Positions 1 to 11,405 of a stretch of DNA of 64,000 nt are shown here, piece by piece (position 1 is the first letter of the stretch; every line of letters starts with the position of its first letter). The translations under genes were made by a program, and so were the position numbers. The stretch comes from an uncultured Gammaproteobacteria bacterium. Its GTDB lineage: Bacteria; Pseudomonadota; Gammaproteobacteria; JACCXJ01. The notes below the pieces were generated by a model. That model had not been told where the DNA came from and did not search any database. It saw only the letters and a list, made by a program, of their open reading frames with translations. The DNA is taken from NCBI GenBank assembly GCA_963764725.1, contig CAVXTM010000016.1:449186-513185 (forward strand). The letters are read 5' to 3'.

Positions 1-760
1 TCACGCCACCAATAAGAAGGCCGACATCATTCGAGTCTATCTGCCGCCTGACGCCAACACACTGATCTCGGTGACTGATCACTGCCTGCGGAGCCGCAAC
101 TATATCAACATTGTGGTGGCGGGGAAACAACTGGCGTTGCAATACCTGGACATGGATTCAGCCATCAAGCACTGCACCGCCGGCATCGGGATCTGGGAAT
201 GGGCCAGCAACGACAAGGGCGGCGAACCGGATCTGGTAATGGCTTGCGCTGGCGATGTCCCGACTTTGGAGACGCTGGCGGCAGTGCATCTGCTCCGCCA
301 ATTCGTCCCCGACCTCAAGATTCGCGTGATCAATGTCGTGGACCTCATGAAGCTGCAGCCTGAGGAAGAGCACCCGCATGGCCTGCCGCACAAAGATTTT
401 GACACCCTCTTCACGACCGACAAACCAATCATTTTTGCTTATCACGGTTATCCTTGGCTGATCCACCGCATGACCTACCGGAGAACGAATCACGGGAATC
501 TGCACGTCCGCGGCTACAAAGAGGAGGGCACAACCACGACCCCGTTCGATATGACGGTTCGGAACGAGATGGACCGCTTCCACCTGGTGAATGACGCCAT
601 CGATCGGGTGCCGAAGCTCGGATACCTCGCCGCCTATGCCAAGCAGGCCATCCGCGACAAGTTGATTGAACACCAGCAGTACATTGCCGAGCATGGGGAT
701 GACATGCCCGAAGTCCGCGACTGGAAGTGGGGTGAAGTGAAGCGGGCCCCAGGCGGGTGA
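1..760 (+). CDS. xfp: Phosphoketolase (xylulose-5-P/fructose-6-P), 3' part; starts before the window
   Basis: C-terminal XFP motifs [42 protein letters not shown]; frame open from position 2. Confidence 0.95.
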   Translation, partial: HATNKKADIIRVYLPPDANTLISVTDHCLRSRNYINIVVAGKQLALQYLDMDSAIKHCTAGIGIWEWASNDKGGEPDLVMACAGDVPTLETLAAVHLLRQFVPDLKIRVINVVDLMKLQPEEEHPHGLPHKDFDTLFTTDKPIIFAYHGYPWLIHRMTYRRTNHGNLHVRGYKEEGTTTTPFDMTVRNEMDRFHLVNDAIDRVPKLGYLAAYAKQAIRDKLIEHQQYIAEHGDDMPEVRDWKWGEVKRAPGG

Positions 761-796
761 AATGCAACCGCAAGGTTAACAGCCAGAAAATCCCTG

Positions 797-862
797 GGAC
801 TAGCGCGTTTGACAACTCACTGGGCCATTAGTACCCTTCCTTTTAGCGAAAAAGGGCGTTTA
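797..862 (+). repeat. 66-bp conserved intergenic element, copy 1, containing a sigma70-like promoter TTGACA-N17-TACCCT and ending AAAGGGCGTTTA
   Basis: 49/66 ungapped identity (hand alignment) to 7924..7989. Confidence 0.8.
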
Positions 863-1002
863 TTCTCCCTAGGGTGGCCCTAGCCCCAAGCAAATCGCAG
901 ACGAGCTTTTTTGCCAAATGCAAAGACGTCACGGTGAAGGAATCGCCGGCTGCGGGCGCGGTCGATGAGTGCAATCGCCCTCGCGCCATGATCGGGTGAT
1001 CC

Positions 1003-3159
1003 ATGCCGGTCGAGATCACCGTCGGTCCGCCGGTCTTGAGCATCAACCAGGGCGCCACCTTCATGGTGACGGACCTGGGTGGAGAGATCCAGGCGGACAC
1101 CGAGCAGGGCGTCTTCGCCGACGACACGCGTTTCGTCTCGTACTACGCGATCTCCGCGAACGGCGTGCCGTGGCAGCGCCTAAACTCTGCCGCCACGGCG
1201 TACTTCGCAGCCCGTGTCTACCTCACCAACGCCATTGTCGCAACTGAAGACGGCGACGTCCCCGCGGGCACGCTGTCGCTCATCATCAGCCGCACCGTCG
1301 GTGATGGCATCCACGAGGACCTGGATATCGTGAACCACGGGCTCGTGCCCGTCCGCTTCAACCTCGAGGTCGCCCTGCGCTCGGACTTCGCGGACCTGTT
1401 CGAGGTGAAGCTCGGACGCCTCGTCCGCCGGGGCCGCATCGTGACACGGTGGCACGAGCGGCGGTCGGAGCTCGAGACCTCGTACGCCAATCGAGACTTC
1501 CGCCGGAGCCTGGTCTACCGGCCCCTGAACAATACCTCTCCTCCCGGCTATGCGAATGGCCGGGTCACGTTCGAGGTCGAACTCGGCCCCGGGGCCACGT
1601 GGCACACCTGCTGCCACTACCTGTTGGTCCGGGATGAAGCGGTGCGCGCGCCCCGACCCGCCTGCTACCACGACCGCGCGGCGACCGACCAGGACCGACT
1701 CCATCACCGGTGGCTCGACGTGGCGACCAAGGTGACGAGCGCCAACGAGGACGTCTACCGCCTCTACCGGCAGTCCGTCGAGGACATGGGCGCGCTGCGT
1801 CTGTACGACCAGGATCTCGCCCCGGATGTCTGGCTCCCCGCGGCCGGCGTACCGTGGTTCGTCGCGATCTTCGGCCGCGATTCGCTGATCGCGAGCCTGC
1901 AGAACATGATCGTCAATGCGGGCTTCGCGCGCGGCGCGCTGAAGAAGCTGGCCGAGCTCCAGGCGACGGAGACGGACGACCGTCGCGACGCCGAGCCCGG
2001 AAAGATCCCACACGAGGTGCGCACCGGAGAGCTCGCCCACTTCCACCTGATCCCGCACACGCCCTATTACGGCACCGCCGACGCCACGCCCCTCTATGTG
2101 ATTGCCCTGCACGAAACCTGGAAGTGGCTCGGCGAGCTCGACCTGCTGCGCGAGCACCGGGCGACAGCGCTCCGCTGCCTCGAATGGATCGACCGCTACG
2201 GCGATCCCGATGGGGACGGCTTCCAGGAGTATCGGACGCGTTCCCCGCAGGGCTACGAGAACATGGGCTGGAAGGACGCGGGCGACGCGGTGGTCTACCC
2301 CGACGGCCGTCAGGTCCACGCGCCGAAGGCCCTCTGCGAGCTCCAGGGCTACGTCTTCGACGCGTGGATGCGCATGGCGGAGATCTTCGAGGCACTCGAC
2401 GAGCGGGAGCGCGCGGCCGGGCTGCGCGCCAAGGCGAAGGCGCTCCGGGCGGCCTTCGAGGAGAAGTTCTGGTGCGAGGACCTCGGCTTCTACGCGTTCG
2501 CGCTCGATCCCGACAAGCAGCCTGTTCGGACGATCGCCTCCAACGCCGGCCACTGCCTCGCGAGCGGCATCGCGAGCCCGGACCACGCTGCGCGGGTCGT
2601 CAGGCGCTTCTTCGAGCCCGACATGTGGAGCGGATGGGGCATCCGGACGCTGTCGGCACAGAATCCCGCGTACAATCCCTTCTCCTACCAGCGGGGATCG
2701 GTCTGGCCGCACGACAACGGCATCATCGCGCTCGGCTTCAAGCGCTATGGCTTCGCCGCCGAGGCGGCCCGGGTGGCGCGGGACATCTCGGAGGCGGCGA
2801 GCTACTTCGTGAGCTACCGGTTGCCGGAGCTCTACGCGGGTATCGAGCGCCGCCCCGACACGTTCCCCGTCCTCTATCCGCAGGCCAACGTGCCACAGGC
2901 CTGGGCCGCCGGGAGCGTCTTCCACCTACTGCAAGCGATGCTCGGCATCCGGGCGGATGCGCCGAGGGGCCGGCTCTACGTCGATCCCGAGCTTCCGCTT
3001 TGGCTCCCGGAGATCACGCTCCACGGGTTGGCGGTGGGCCGGGCGCGAGTGGACCTGCGCTTCTGGCGTGACGGCGATCGGAGCCGGTGGACGGCGGAGA
3101 TACGGGAAGGCACGATTTCCGTGCAGGAGGAGGCGTGGCGTCCATGGGGCCTCGACTAG
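1003..3159 (+). CDS. Amylo-alpha-1,6-glucosidase / glycogen debranching enzyme family
   Basis: AAGVPWFVAIFGRDSLI, EPGKIPHE, YYGTADATPL, GWKDAGD, YQRGSVWPHDN, PQAWAAGS motifs; 718 aa. Confidence 0.9.
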   Translation: MPVEITVGPPVLSINQGATFMVTDLGGEIQADTEQGVFADDTRFVSYYAISANGVPWQRLNSAATAYFAARVYLTNAIVATEDGDVPAGTLSLIISRTVGDGIHEDLDIVNHGLVPVRFNLEVALRSDFADLFEVKLGRLVRRGRIVTRWHERRSELETSYANRDFRRSLVYRPLNNTSPPGYANGRVTFEVELGPGATWHTCCHYLLVRDEAVRAPRPACYHDRAATDQDRLHHRWLDVATKVTSANEDVYRLYRQSVEDMGALRLYDQDLAPDVWLPAAGVPWFVAIFGRDSLIASLQNMIVNAGFARGALKKLAELQATETDDRRDAEPGKIPHEVRTGELAHFHLIPHTPYYGTADATPLYVIALHETWKWLGELDLLREHRATALRCLEWIDRYGDPDGDGFQEYRTRSPQGYENMGWKDAGDAVVYPDGRQVHAPKALCELQGYVFDAWMRMAEIFEALDERERAAGLRAKAKALRAAFEEKFWCEDLGFYAFALDPDKQPVRTIASNAGHCLASGIASPDHAARVVRRFFEPDMWSGWGIRTLSAQNPAYNPFSYQRGSVWPHDNGIIALGFKRYGFAAEAARVARDISEAASYFVSYRLPELYAGIERRPDTFPVLYPQANVPQAWAAGSVFHLLQAMLGIRADAPRGRLYVDPELPLWLPEITLHGLAVGRARVDLRFWRDGDRSRWTAEIREGTISVQEEAWRPWGLD

Positions 3160-3320
3160 GCGCGAGGACTGGCTCATGAGCCAGATGCCATCCGATCTCT
3201 TCCGGCCGATCCACGAGAGAGCGGGCTGACAATGGCGACCCGCATCCCGACGCCACTCGCACAAGGTTTCTTCGTCCAAACTGACGCGCTCATCCGGCGG
3301 TTCCGGAGGCTCGCGGCACG

Positions 3321-4319
3321 ATGAAAGCGACGCGGCCGGCCCTGCTGCTCGCGGGGGACGTCGGCGGAACGAAGACGAACCTGGCGCTCTTCACGGCCGC
3401 AGGCGAAGTGCTCACGCACGTCGCCGAGGCGCATTTCGTCAACCACGGCTATGGGGGCCTGGAGGATGTCGTCCGGGCCTTTCTCGCACGCGAGGCGTAC
3501 GTCCCGACGGCGGCCTGCTTCGGCGTGGCCGGGCCGGTCGCCGACGGCCGCGCCCGGATGCCCAACCTCGGCTGGCGGATCGACGCCTTCGGCCTCGGGC
3601 GGCTACTCGCGCTCGAGCGGGTGGTGCTCCTGAACGATCTCGAGGCGACGGCGTACGGCATCGCGACGCTTCCTCCTGAGCGGCTCGTGGTCCTTAACCC
3701 CGGCGTCTCGACCGCCGGCGGCAACGCCGCGCTCATCGCGGCCGGCACCGGTCTCGGCGAAGCGGTGCTCTACTGGGACGGGACACGTCACCGCATCTGC
3801 AGATCGGAGGGCGGCCACGCCGACTTCGCGCCCCACAACGCTGAGGAGATGCAGATCCTCGCGCGGCTGATGGAGCGCTTTGGCCACGTGAGCTGGGAGC
3901 GCCTCGTCTCTGGCCCCGGGCTCCGTAACATATACGGCGCGCTCGAGATGCCCGAGGCGCCCGACGTCACCGCTAGCATCGAGGCAGCCGAGGACGCGAG
4001 CGCGACGATCACAGAGCTGGGGCTCGCACGAACGTCCGCGCGCTGCACCCGTGCGCTCGACGTATTCGTCTCGGCCTACGGCGCCGAGGCGGGCAACCTC
4101 GCTCTCAAGGCCCTCGCCACCGACGGAGTGTACGTGGGGGGAGGCATCGCGCCGAAGATCCTTCCGAAGCTCGAGGACGGCGCGTTCCTGCGCGCGTTTA
4201 CGGCCAAGGGGCGTTTCGCCGAGTGGCTCGCGCGCATCCCCGTGAAGGTCATCCTCGATCCGAAGACGGCGCTCCGAGGCGCCGCCGCTTACCTCGCCGG
4301 CATGGAAGTTCGCTCATGA
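3321..4319 (+). CDS. glk: Glucokinase
   Basis: [42 protein letters not shown]. Confidence 0.95.
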   Translation: MKATRPALLLAGDVGGTKTNLALFTAAGEVLTHVAEAHFVNHGYGGLEDVVRAFLAREAYVPTAACFGVAGPVADGRARMPNLGWRIDAFGLGRLLALERVVLLNDLEATAYGIATLPPERLVVLNPGVSTAGGNAALIAAGTGLGEAVLYWDGTRHRICRSEGGHADFAPHNAEEMQILARLMERFGHVSWERLVSGPGLRNIYGALEMPEAPDVTASIEAAEDASATITELGLARTSARCTRALDVFVSAYGAEAGNLALKALATDGVYVGGGIAPKILPKLEDGAFLRAFTAKGRFAEWLARIPVKVILDPKTALRGAAAYLAGMEVRS

Positions 4320-4340
4320 CCGGGGATCTCGACCTTTGAC

Positions 4341-6187
4341 ATGGATCCGCGATACCAACCGATCGAGAATTACGGCGTCATCGGCAACCTGCGCACGGCC
4401 GCGCTGGTCGGCATGGACGGCTCGATCGACTGGCTCTGCCTGCCGCACTTCGATTCGCCCAGCGTCTTCGCCGCCATCCTGGACGACCGACAAGGGCGGC
4501 CGCTTCCGCATCGCCCCGGCCGGCGACCGACTTCCGCCACAAGCAGTTCTACTGGCCGGACACCAACATCCTCATCACGCGCTTCCTGCACGCCGACGGC
4601 ATCGGCGAGATCGAGGATTACATGCCGGTCGGCGGCGCCGGCGCCGTGCCGGACGAGCTGATCCGCCGAGTCCGCGTCGTCCGCGGCCGGTTGCCGTTTC
4701 GATCTGGAGTGCCGCCCGGCCTTCGACTACGCCCGCGCCGCCCACCAAATCCACATCGACGGCGCACGGCGCCCGCTTCGACGGGCCGGGCCTGAGCCTC
4801 GGCCTGGCCGCCCCGGTCCCGCTGCGGCCCGACGGCGACGGCGTGGTCGCCGACTTCACGCTCGGCGAAGGCGAGAAGGCCACGTTCGTCCTGCGCCGCC
4901 TCGGCCCCGACGACCAGCCCGGCCGCTGCCCCGGCGTCGGACGAGGCGGAGGAGCTGTTCCGCGACACCGTCGCCTACTGGCGGCGCTGGCTCTCGCAGT
5001 GCACTTACCCCGGCCGCTGGCGCGAGATGGTCCACCGCTCCGCCCTGACGCTGAAGCTCCTGTCCTTCGAGCCGACCGGGGCGATCGTCGCGGCCCCGAC
5101 CTGCAGCCTGCCCGAGGCGATCGGCGGCGTGCGCAACTGGGACTACCGCTACACCTGGATCCGCGACGCCGCGTTCACGCTGTACGGCCTGCTGCGCATC
5201 GGCTTCACCGAGGAGGCGGCCCGCTTCCGGGACTGGCTGAAGGACCGCTGGCAAGACGCCGACGGCAATGGGACCGGCCCCTTGCAGCTCATGTACGGCA
5301 TCGACGGCCGGGCCGACCTCACCGAGGAGACGCTCGACCACCTGGAGGGCTACCGCGGCTCGCGGCCGGTGCGGATCGGCAACGGCGCGCACCGGCAGCT
5401 GCAGCTGGACATCTACGGCGAGCTGATGGACGCGGTCTACCTGCACAACAAGTACGTCGCGCCCGTCGGCTACGACGGCTGGGTGCGCCTGCGGCGGCTG
5501 GTGGACTGGCTGTGCGACAACTGGAAGCGGGAGGACGAGGGCATCTGGGAAGTGCGCGGCGGCCGGCGGCACTTCGTCTACTCGAAGCTCATGTGCTGGG
5601 TGGCCCTGGACCGCAGCCTGCGGCTGGCCGACAAGCGCTCCTTCCCGGCGGACCGGGCGCGCTGGCTGAAGGTCCGCGACGAGATCTACGAGGAGGTCAT
5701 GGCCAAGGGCTGGAACCCGCGCCGCCAGGCGTTCGTGCAGGCCTACGGCTCCGACGCCCTGGACGCCTCGAGCCTGCTGATGCCGCTGGTGTTCTTCATG
5801 GCCCCGAACGACCCGCGCATGCTCAGCACGGTGGACGCGATCCGCCGGCCCCTGGCCGCGGGCGGCCTGGCCGCCGACGGTCTGGTCTACCGCTACGATC
5901 CCGCCGCCGCCCCGGACGGACTGCCGGGCCGCGAGGGGACCTTCAACATGTGCTCCTTCTGGCTGGTCGAGGCGCTGACCCGCGCCGGCCGCACCGACCC
6001 GGCCCGGCTGGAAGAGGCCCGGCTGCTCTTCGAGCAGATGCTCGGCTACGCCAACCACCTCGGCCTGTACGCCGAGCAGACCGGCGACAGCGGCGAGGCC
6101 CTGGGCAACTTCCCGCAGGCGTTCACCCACCTGGCCCTGATCAGCGCCGCCTTCAACCTCGACCGGACGCTTGGGGCCGGGCGGTAG
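4341..6187 (+). CDS. Glycoside hydrolase family 15 (glucoamylase/trehalase-like), frameshifted in the 5' third
   Basis: N-term [32 protein letters not shown] (4341) and C-term [28 protein letters not shown] (5027..6187) lie in different frames. Confidence 0.88.
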
Positions 6188-6213
6188 TGCCGTCAACTAC
6201 AGTAGCAGAACAA

Positions 6214-7887
6214 ATGCAATCATCCATTGGGACTCAATCAGGTAGGGACGTAGCCGAGGTCACACTAACCGGCTTGCGCATTGCCCCGGGTTTGGGGATG
6301 GGTAGCGCCTGGGTTGTGGGTGACAGGCTTGAATGTCTCGGGGACGCTCACCGTATCGAACCCCATGAAGTCGAGCGGGAGTTGAGCCGGATACGGTTGG
6401 CGTTCGACCAGACGCGTGCGGAACTCCAAGAAGCTGCACGTCGCGTCGAAGAGCAGTTCAATTCGCATCTCGCCGACATTTTCCGCGCTCATGAAATGAT
6501 GCTCGACAGCCTCCTCTCATCCACCGAGTTCGTACAGGAGCTACAAGGATCGCTGGTGAATGCAGAGGCAGTGGTGAGGCGCATCTTTCGCCGGTGGCAG
6601 GAGAAGTTTCACTCTCTGACAGGCGAAACGTTCCAGCAGCGAGCCGACGACCTTGCCGACCTCGGACGCAAAGTCCTGCGCCACCTTGAAGGTGAAGACG
6701 CCGACCGAGTGAAGAACCTCCCTGCGGGCAGCGTACTCGTGCTCCAGCACCTTCTGCCTTCCGATGTCGTATCGTTGTCGCGGCGCGCCGTCGCGGCCAT
6801 CGTCGTGGAGTCGCTCGGGCAAGGCTCGCATGCGGCACTGCTCGCCCGCGAGAAAAGCCTTCCCACGGTCGCTGACTTTCCGGGTATTCTGGAGCGCATT
6901 GGTGACGGCGACGAAGTGTTGGTGGATGCCTATCGCGGCGAACTTGTCCTCGCGCCGGATGGGAAAACGCGCGCCGAGTTTCACGAACGGCTGACGCAAT
7001 ACCAAGCGACGCTGGCCCGGTGCAAAGGCGCTTGCCGCCAACCGGCGCGTACGCTCGATGGCGAGCTAGTGAAGGTCGAAGCGAATCTCGGTGCATACGA
7101 CGATGTCGAGCTAGCGCTGGACAACGGTGCCGATGGCGTGGGCCTGTTCCGCCTCGAACAACTCTACCTCGCTCGCGAGCTCCCGCCGACGGAAGCGGAA
7201 CTGCTCGACGAACTGCGTGCCATCACGTCTCCGCTGCGGGACAAGCCGCTTACCATCCGGCTCCTCGACATCGGCGGCGACAAGCCCGTTCCGTTTCTGC
7301 ACCTCCCGGCAGAGGCCAATCCGCTCCTTGGTAAACGCGGCGTTCGCCTGCTGCTGGAGTACCCCCAACTTGCGCAGACTCAGCTCGCCGCCTTGTTGCG
7401 CCTGTCACACGAACGGCAAATCCGCGTGCTCGTGCCGATGGTCACACTGGAGGAAGACATTCAAGCGATGCGAGAGTTGTTCGAGGTAAAGTGCACCGAG
7501 CTCGGCGTGTGGCAGCATCCTGCGTTTGGCGCCATGATTGAAACACCGGCCGCAGCCCTCAGCGTGCCTGCGATTGCCAAGCATGTCGATTTCCTCTGCG
7601 TCGGCACCAACGATCTCACACAATACACGCTCGCTGCCGGTCGGGACAACCCGACCGTGAACCGTTACTTTCTGGACAATCACTCCTCTCTTCTTCGGCT
7701 GCTTGACATCATTGTCGCGGACGCCGGAGAGACGCCGCTGACGCTTTGCGGGGAGCTGGCGGGGCGAGAGGAAATGATGCCGCAGTTGCTGGCGATGGAA
7801 TTCCGTTCGTTCAGTATTGCTCCACCTTTAATTCCGGGTGTGAAGGAGCTGATCAGAAGCCTACGCATCGCTCCTGCAGGGGGGTGA
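6214..7887 (+). CDS. ptsI: Phosphoenolpyruvate-protein phosphotransferase (PTS enzyme I); alternative GTG start at 6187
   Basis: Phospho-His [56 protein letters not shown]. Confidence 0.9.
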   Translation: MQSSIGTQSGRDVAEVTLTGLRIAPGLGMGSAWVVGDRLECLGDAHRIEPHEVERELSRIRLAFDQTRAELQEAARRVEEQFNSHLADIFRAHEMMLDSLLSSTEFVQELQGSLVNAEAVVRRIFRRWQEKFHSLTGETFQQRADDLADLGRKVLRHLEGEDADRVKNLPAGSVLVLQHLLPSDVVSLSRRAVAAIVVESLGQGSHAALLAREKSLPTVADFPGILERIGDGDEVLVDAYRGELVLAPDGKTRAEFHERLTQYQATLARCKGACRQPARTLDGELVKVEANLGAYDDVELALDNGADGVGLFRLEQLYLARELPPTEAELLDELRAITSPLRDKPLTIRLLDIGGDKPVPFLHLPAEANPLLGKRGVRLLLEYPQLAQTQLAALLRLSHERQIRVLVPMVTLEEDIQAMRELFEVKCTELGVWQHPAFGAMIETPAAALSVPAIAKHVDFLCVGTNDLTQYTLAAGRDNPTVNRYFLDNHSSLLRLLDIIVADAGETPLTLCGELAGREEMMPQLLAMEFRSFSIAPPLIPGVKELIRSLRIAPAGG

Positions 7888-7923
7888 ACCGTGCTCAATG
7901 GAGCGAATGCATGCCCAGGCCGA

Positions 7924-7989
7924 GGACTCGCATGTTTGACAACTCACGAGCCCAGCAGTACTGTGCCTCTCGGTAAGAAAGGGCGTTTA
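7924..7989 (+). repeat. 66-bp conserved intergenic element, copy 2 (TTGACA-N17-TACTGT ... AAAGGGCGTTTA)
   Basis: Ungapped match to 797..862. Confidence 0.8.
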
Positions 7990-8163
7990 AAATCCTTATT
8001 CCCCAGCGCCGATCATTCGTGGCGCTAGCAACGAGACGCCGACGGCTGGACGGTCGCGTTCTCTACAGTGAGCCAGGGGTGAAATTCCGGCGTGGCTAGC
8101 GCGCGGCGGACAACACAAGAGCGTCGTCACGTGGATGAAACGGATTTTGGAGCGGGCTAAACG

Positions 8164-10593
8164 ATGAACGCACCGGAACAAACGGACACCGAGGCGACGC
8201 TGCGAGCGCGCCTGTCGATCCCGCGCGCGGCCACACAGGTCCTCGTCTTCGGCGAGAGCAGCCACTGGGACACAAACTGGCTGCGCACCTCTGAAGAGTA
8301 CTTTCGCGATCACATCGAGGGCATCTTCGGGGCGATCTTCGCGGCGCTCGATCGTGATCGGCGGCGGGTCTTCGCGATCGAAAGCGTCTTCTTCTTGAAG
8401 ATGTATTGGGAGCGGCGGCCACAGCGACGCGACCTGCTCCGGACGCTGCTGAACAACCGCCGGTTGCGTTTGCTCAGCGCGTCGATGACCACGCCCGATA
8501 CCCTGCTGCCGCCCACCGAGACGCTCTTGCGCGACTTCCTTTCAGGCCAAGAGTGGCTGCGCGCAAACGGCATCGAGCTGATGCCTTCGCTGTCGTACTT
8601 TCCGGACAACTTCGGTCATTCACCCGCGTTGCCGTCGCTCATGCGCTCGCTCGGCATCAGCAACATCGGCATCACTCGCATCGATGGCATGTACTTCGTC
8701 GCCTCGGATTATCGTTCGAAGTCGCAGTTTCCGCTCAAAGGCTCGACCGCCGAGCAGCTGCAGCGTACGCATCGAACGCTCGACTTCGTTTGGCGCAACG
8801 ACGACGGCGCCGAGGTGCTCTGCCACTGGAACGCGTTCACGTACTTTCAGGGCGACATGCTGGCGACCGCCGGGATCATTCGCTGGATGGGCAAGACGTT
8901 TGGCGTCTCGTGGCGTTCACGTCGTCATGTGACCGGGCGGATCAATCGCTACGTGTGCGATCTCTCTGCACTGACGCTAACGCCCTACATGTTTTGTCCG
9001 ATAGGCTGCGACTTCAACGAACCGATCGTCGATCTTGGCACGCTCATCGATCGCTACAACGCCGAGGAGTATCCAGAGACCGGGGTCTACGCGACGCTGG
9101 CCGGCCTGGATGATTACTTCGCGCTCGTCGACTGCCATCGCGAAAAGTTGCCCGTGCTCGCAGCCGATCCGAACCCGTACTGGATGGGCTTCTATTCGAG
9201 TCGACCCGAGGTAAAGCAACGGCCGACGCGCATTAGCCGCACGCTGGTGCTCGCCGAGAAGCTGTCCGCCGCGGCGCCGGCGAACGCCGAATTTCGCGCG
9301 CACTCCGACAAGGCGTGGAACCTGCTGCTGCTGAGCAACCATCACGATTACATCACCGGCACGTCGCCGGATCGGGTTTGGCGTGGCGAGCAACGCGGTT
9401 GGCTCGACGACGCCGAAACAGCGGCAGCGGCGGCCTGGAAGTGCGTGGCACCGGCGTTGGCCGCGCGCCGCCCGCGCGCGATCGAGCCGGTGCACCATCG
9501 GATGGACAGAGGCGAGCTCGAGGTGACCACGAAGTCCTACCGCTTCCGGTTGTCGCCCAACCGCGGCGGCTGCTTCACGGGCCTCGTTGACGCCGACGGA
9601 AAAGAGAGCCTCGAAGGCGTGGGCAACGATCTCATCGTCTATCGCGACACTGGCGGCTTGTGGCGCCTCGGGCACGAGTACGCCGGTGGCTCGTTCAAGG
9701 CCATCGCGCGCGCGAGCGAGACGCGGGCGGAGATCGCGATGCACGAGCATGAAGGCGAGATGAGCATCGTCATCACATCCGAGCTGCACGGTCGCACCTT
9801 CACGCGGACGGTGTGGTGCCGATCCGATTCGCCGTTTCTGCGCATGCGCGTCGCTGGTGAGGCGAAGCCGCGGTGGACCGTGACTGCGTGCTTCGAAACT
9901 CGGCTGCGCGCGAGTCGACTCAACATGGATGGTCCCGGCGGTCGCACGGATCGGCCGGCGCAAAAGCTCTATGATCCGACGTTTTGGCCGGTGGCATCAC
10001 ACTGCCAGGTCCACGACGAGCGTATGCAGCGCAACGGCCACTTTCTCTTCGATACGCCGGCGGCCATGGCCTTCGGCAAGCTCGGACAAGCCGAGTGGAT
10101 CGTGGCGCGCAATGCTCACAAAGAGCAGGCGTTCGGATTTTTGCCCCTGCTCGCGCATCCCATCGGCGGTACCACGCATGAAGCGCAGATCTTCGACTAC
10201 GCCGTTGGGTTTGGCAGCGTGGCGGACGAGCTTGCTATGACGACCTCACGGCAAGCCTTCGTCGCCGAGTGGCTGCCCGCGGCCGAGCGTGACGCTTGGC
10301 ATACCGCCCACGCGTTCATTCGTTGCGATGATCCGCAAGTCACGGTGAGCGCGGTGAAGCATGCGCAGAACGGCGCCGGCTTGATCGTGCGGCTGTCGCG
10401 CCCGCACGCAAAGACCGGCGAGGGGACGGAGACGGTGCTGTCGTGCGTAGGCAAGATCGTTCGCGACGCGTGGCTCTCGGACGCCCGCGAGACCGATTCT
10501 GTGCCGCTCGAGGTGAGCGCAACCGGCACCGTCCGCGTGCCCATGCGGCACGGCCTGTCCACGGTTCGATTGCGATTGGATGATGAGGCATGA
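8164..10593 (+). CDS. Glycoside hydrolase family 38 (alpha-mannosidase-like)
   Basis: SHWDTNW Zn motif, YFPDNFGHS nucleophile motif, NHHDYITGTS, C-terminal VSAVKHAQNGAGLIVRL. Confidence 0.8.
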   Translation: MNAPEQTDTEATLRARLSIPRAATQVLVFGESSHWDTNWLRTSEEYFRDHIEGIFGAIFAALDRDRRRVFAIESVFFLKMYWERRPQRRDLLRTLLNNRRLRLLSASMTTPDTLLPPTETLLRDFLSGQEWLRANGIELMPSLSYFPDNFGHSPALPSLMRSLGISNIGITRIDGMYFVASDYRSKSQFPLKGSTAEQLQRTHRTLDFVWRNDDGAEVLCHWNAFTYFQGDMLATAGIIRWMGKTFGVSWRSRRHVTGRINRYVCDLSALTLTPYMFCPIGCDFNEPIVDLGTLIDRYNAEEYPETGVYATLAGLDDYFALVDCHREKLPVLAADPNPYWMGFYSSRPEVKQRPTRISRTLVLAEKLSAAAPANAEFRAHSDKAWNLLLLSNHHDYITGTSPDRVWRGEQRGWLDDAETAAAAAWKCVAPALAARRPRAIEPVHHRMDRGELEVTTKSYRFRLSPNRGGCFTGLVDADGKESLEGVGNDLIVYRDTGGLWRLGHEYAGGSFKAIARASETRAEIAMHEHEGEMSIVITSELHGRTFTRTVWCRSDSPFLRMRVAGEAKPRWTVTACFETRLRASRLNMDGPGGRTDRPAQKLYDPTFWPVASHCQVHDERMQRNGHFLFDTPAAMAFGKLGQAEWIVARNAHKEQAFGFLPLLAHPIGGTTHEAQIFDYAVGFGSVADELAMTTSRQAFVAEWLPAAERDAWHTAHAFIRCDDPQVTVSAVKHAQNGAGLIVRLSRPHAKTGEGTETVLSCVGKIVRDAWLSDARETDSVPLEVSATGTVRVPMRHGLSTVRLRLDDEA

Positions 10594-10617
10594 ACGGCGC
10601 CGCTTGCTGCGCCAGCC
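10397..10617 (+). repeat. ~220-bp direct repeat, copy 1 (3' end of the GH38 gene)
   Basis: Matches 11420..11637 with about 8 substitutions and one 3-bp indel. Confidence 0.95.
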
Positions 10618-10764
10618 GCGCAGCGGGCGTGAGCGGCAAGGACCTGGCCGAGTAAGTTGTCCCGAGCCATTGCCGGTCATGGTGATGGACAGCCGGAACG
10701 ATGCGGTGTTTCCGGGCTACAGGGCCGAGGCCGCGCGCTGGGAAGTGCGACCGCAGGAATGCGG

Positions 10765-11322
10765 CTATGATCGCGGCCCGCGCGCGATCGCCTGCTTCGT
10801 CGAGAGGCCTTTGAAGAACTCATCGAGGCTCAAGGCCTCATTCGGGGTGGCGAGGCCATTGATCACCACGATCGTCCGATCGCGGACGGCGATCAATGCT
10901 CGACCGCTCCGCAGCGGACGCCCGTTCCCCGCGGGGACTCGGTAGAAGATCTGTCGCTCGAAAGGTCCGCGCTCCACGTCGTCGATCCGGCCCAGCTCCC
11001 CACCGAGCTCCTCCATCATCTTGTTGACTGCCTTCTCGTACAGGCCGTCCGTGCTCGTGAACCAGGTCGCCAACCGAGGGAGGTGCGTGCGGCTGACGGA
11101 GAGCCGGGTCAATCCTTGCGACGCGGTCCAGACGTCGGTGTTGACGCTACCGATGATCGTACGAGTGGAGCGCCGCGATTGAGTGATCTCGGCCGGCATC
11201 TTGATGCTGAAGGTCTGTCCCAGCGGCTGAAACTTGCGCCAGTCAGCGCCGGCCTCCGTCAGCTTCGGCGCGATGACGAAGAGAAATGCGATGCCGACGA
11301 TCTTCAACGCTCGACCGTTCAT
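10765..11322 (-). CDS. Hypothetical secreted protein (~185 aa) between the direct repeats
   Basis: MNGRALKIVGIAFLFVIAPKLTEAGA signal-like N-terminus within ORF 10765..11571. Confidence 0.6.
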   Translation of the reverse strand: MNGRALKIVGIAFLFVIAPKLTEAGADWRKFQPLGQTFSIKMPAEITQSRRSTRTIIGSVNTDVWTASQGLTRLSVSRTHLPRLATWFTSTDGLYEKAVNKMMEELGGELGRIDDVERGPFERQIFYRVPAGNGRPLRSGRALIAVRDRTIVVINGLATPNEALSLDEFFKGLSTKQAIARGPRS

Positions 11323-11405
11323 GTCTTGATACAGGGCATTTCGCGTGCCAGACATTCGTACCTTTTCGTCGCGGTCTGTTCCCGAATGAAGGCGTCGCTT
11401 CGCGG

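Noticed and set aside
797-862. dif/pdif or integron attC identity for the 66-bp element
   Set aside because: No TTATGTTAAAT-like XerD arm and no RYYYAAC...GTTRRRY palindrome.
4336-7887. 1183-aa ORF as a giant fusion protein
   Set aside because: The first ~620 aa are mostly off-frame GH15 sequence joined by frameshifts; only the last ~560 aa are EI.
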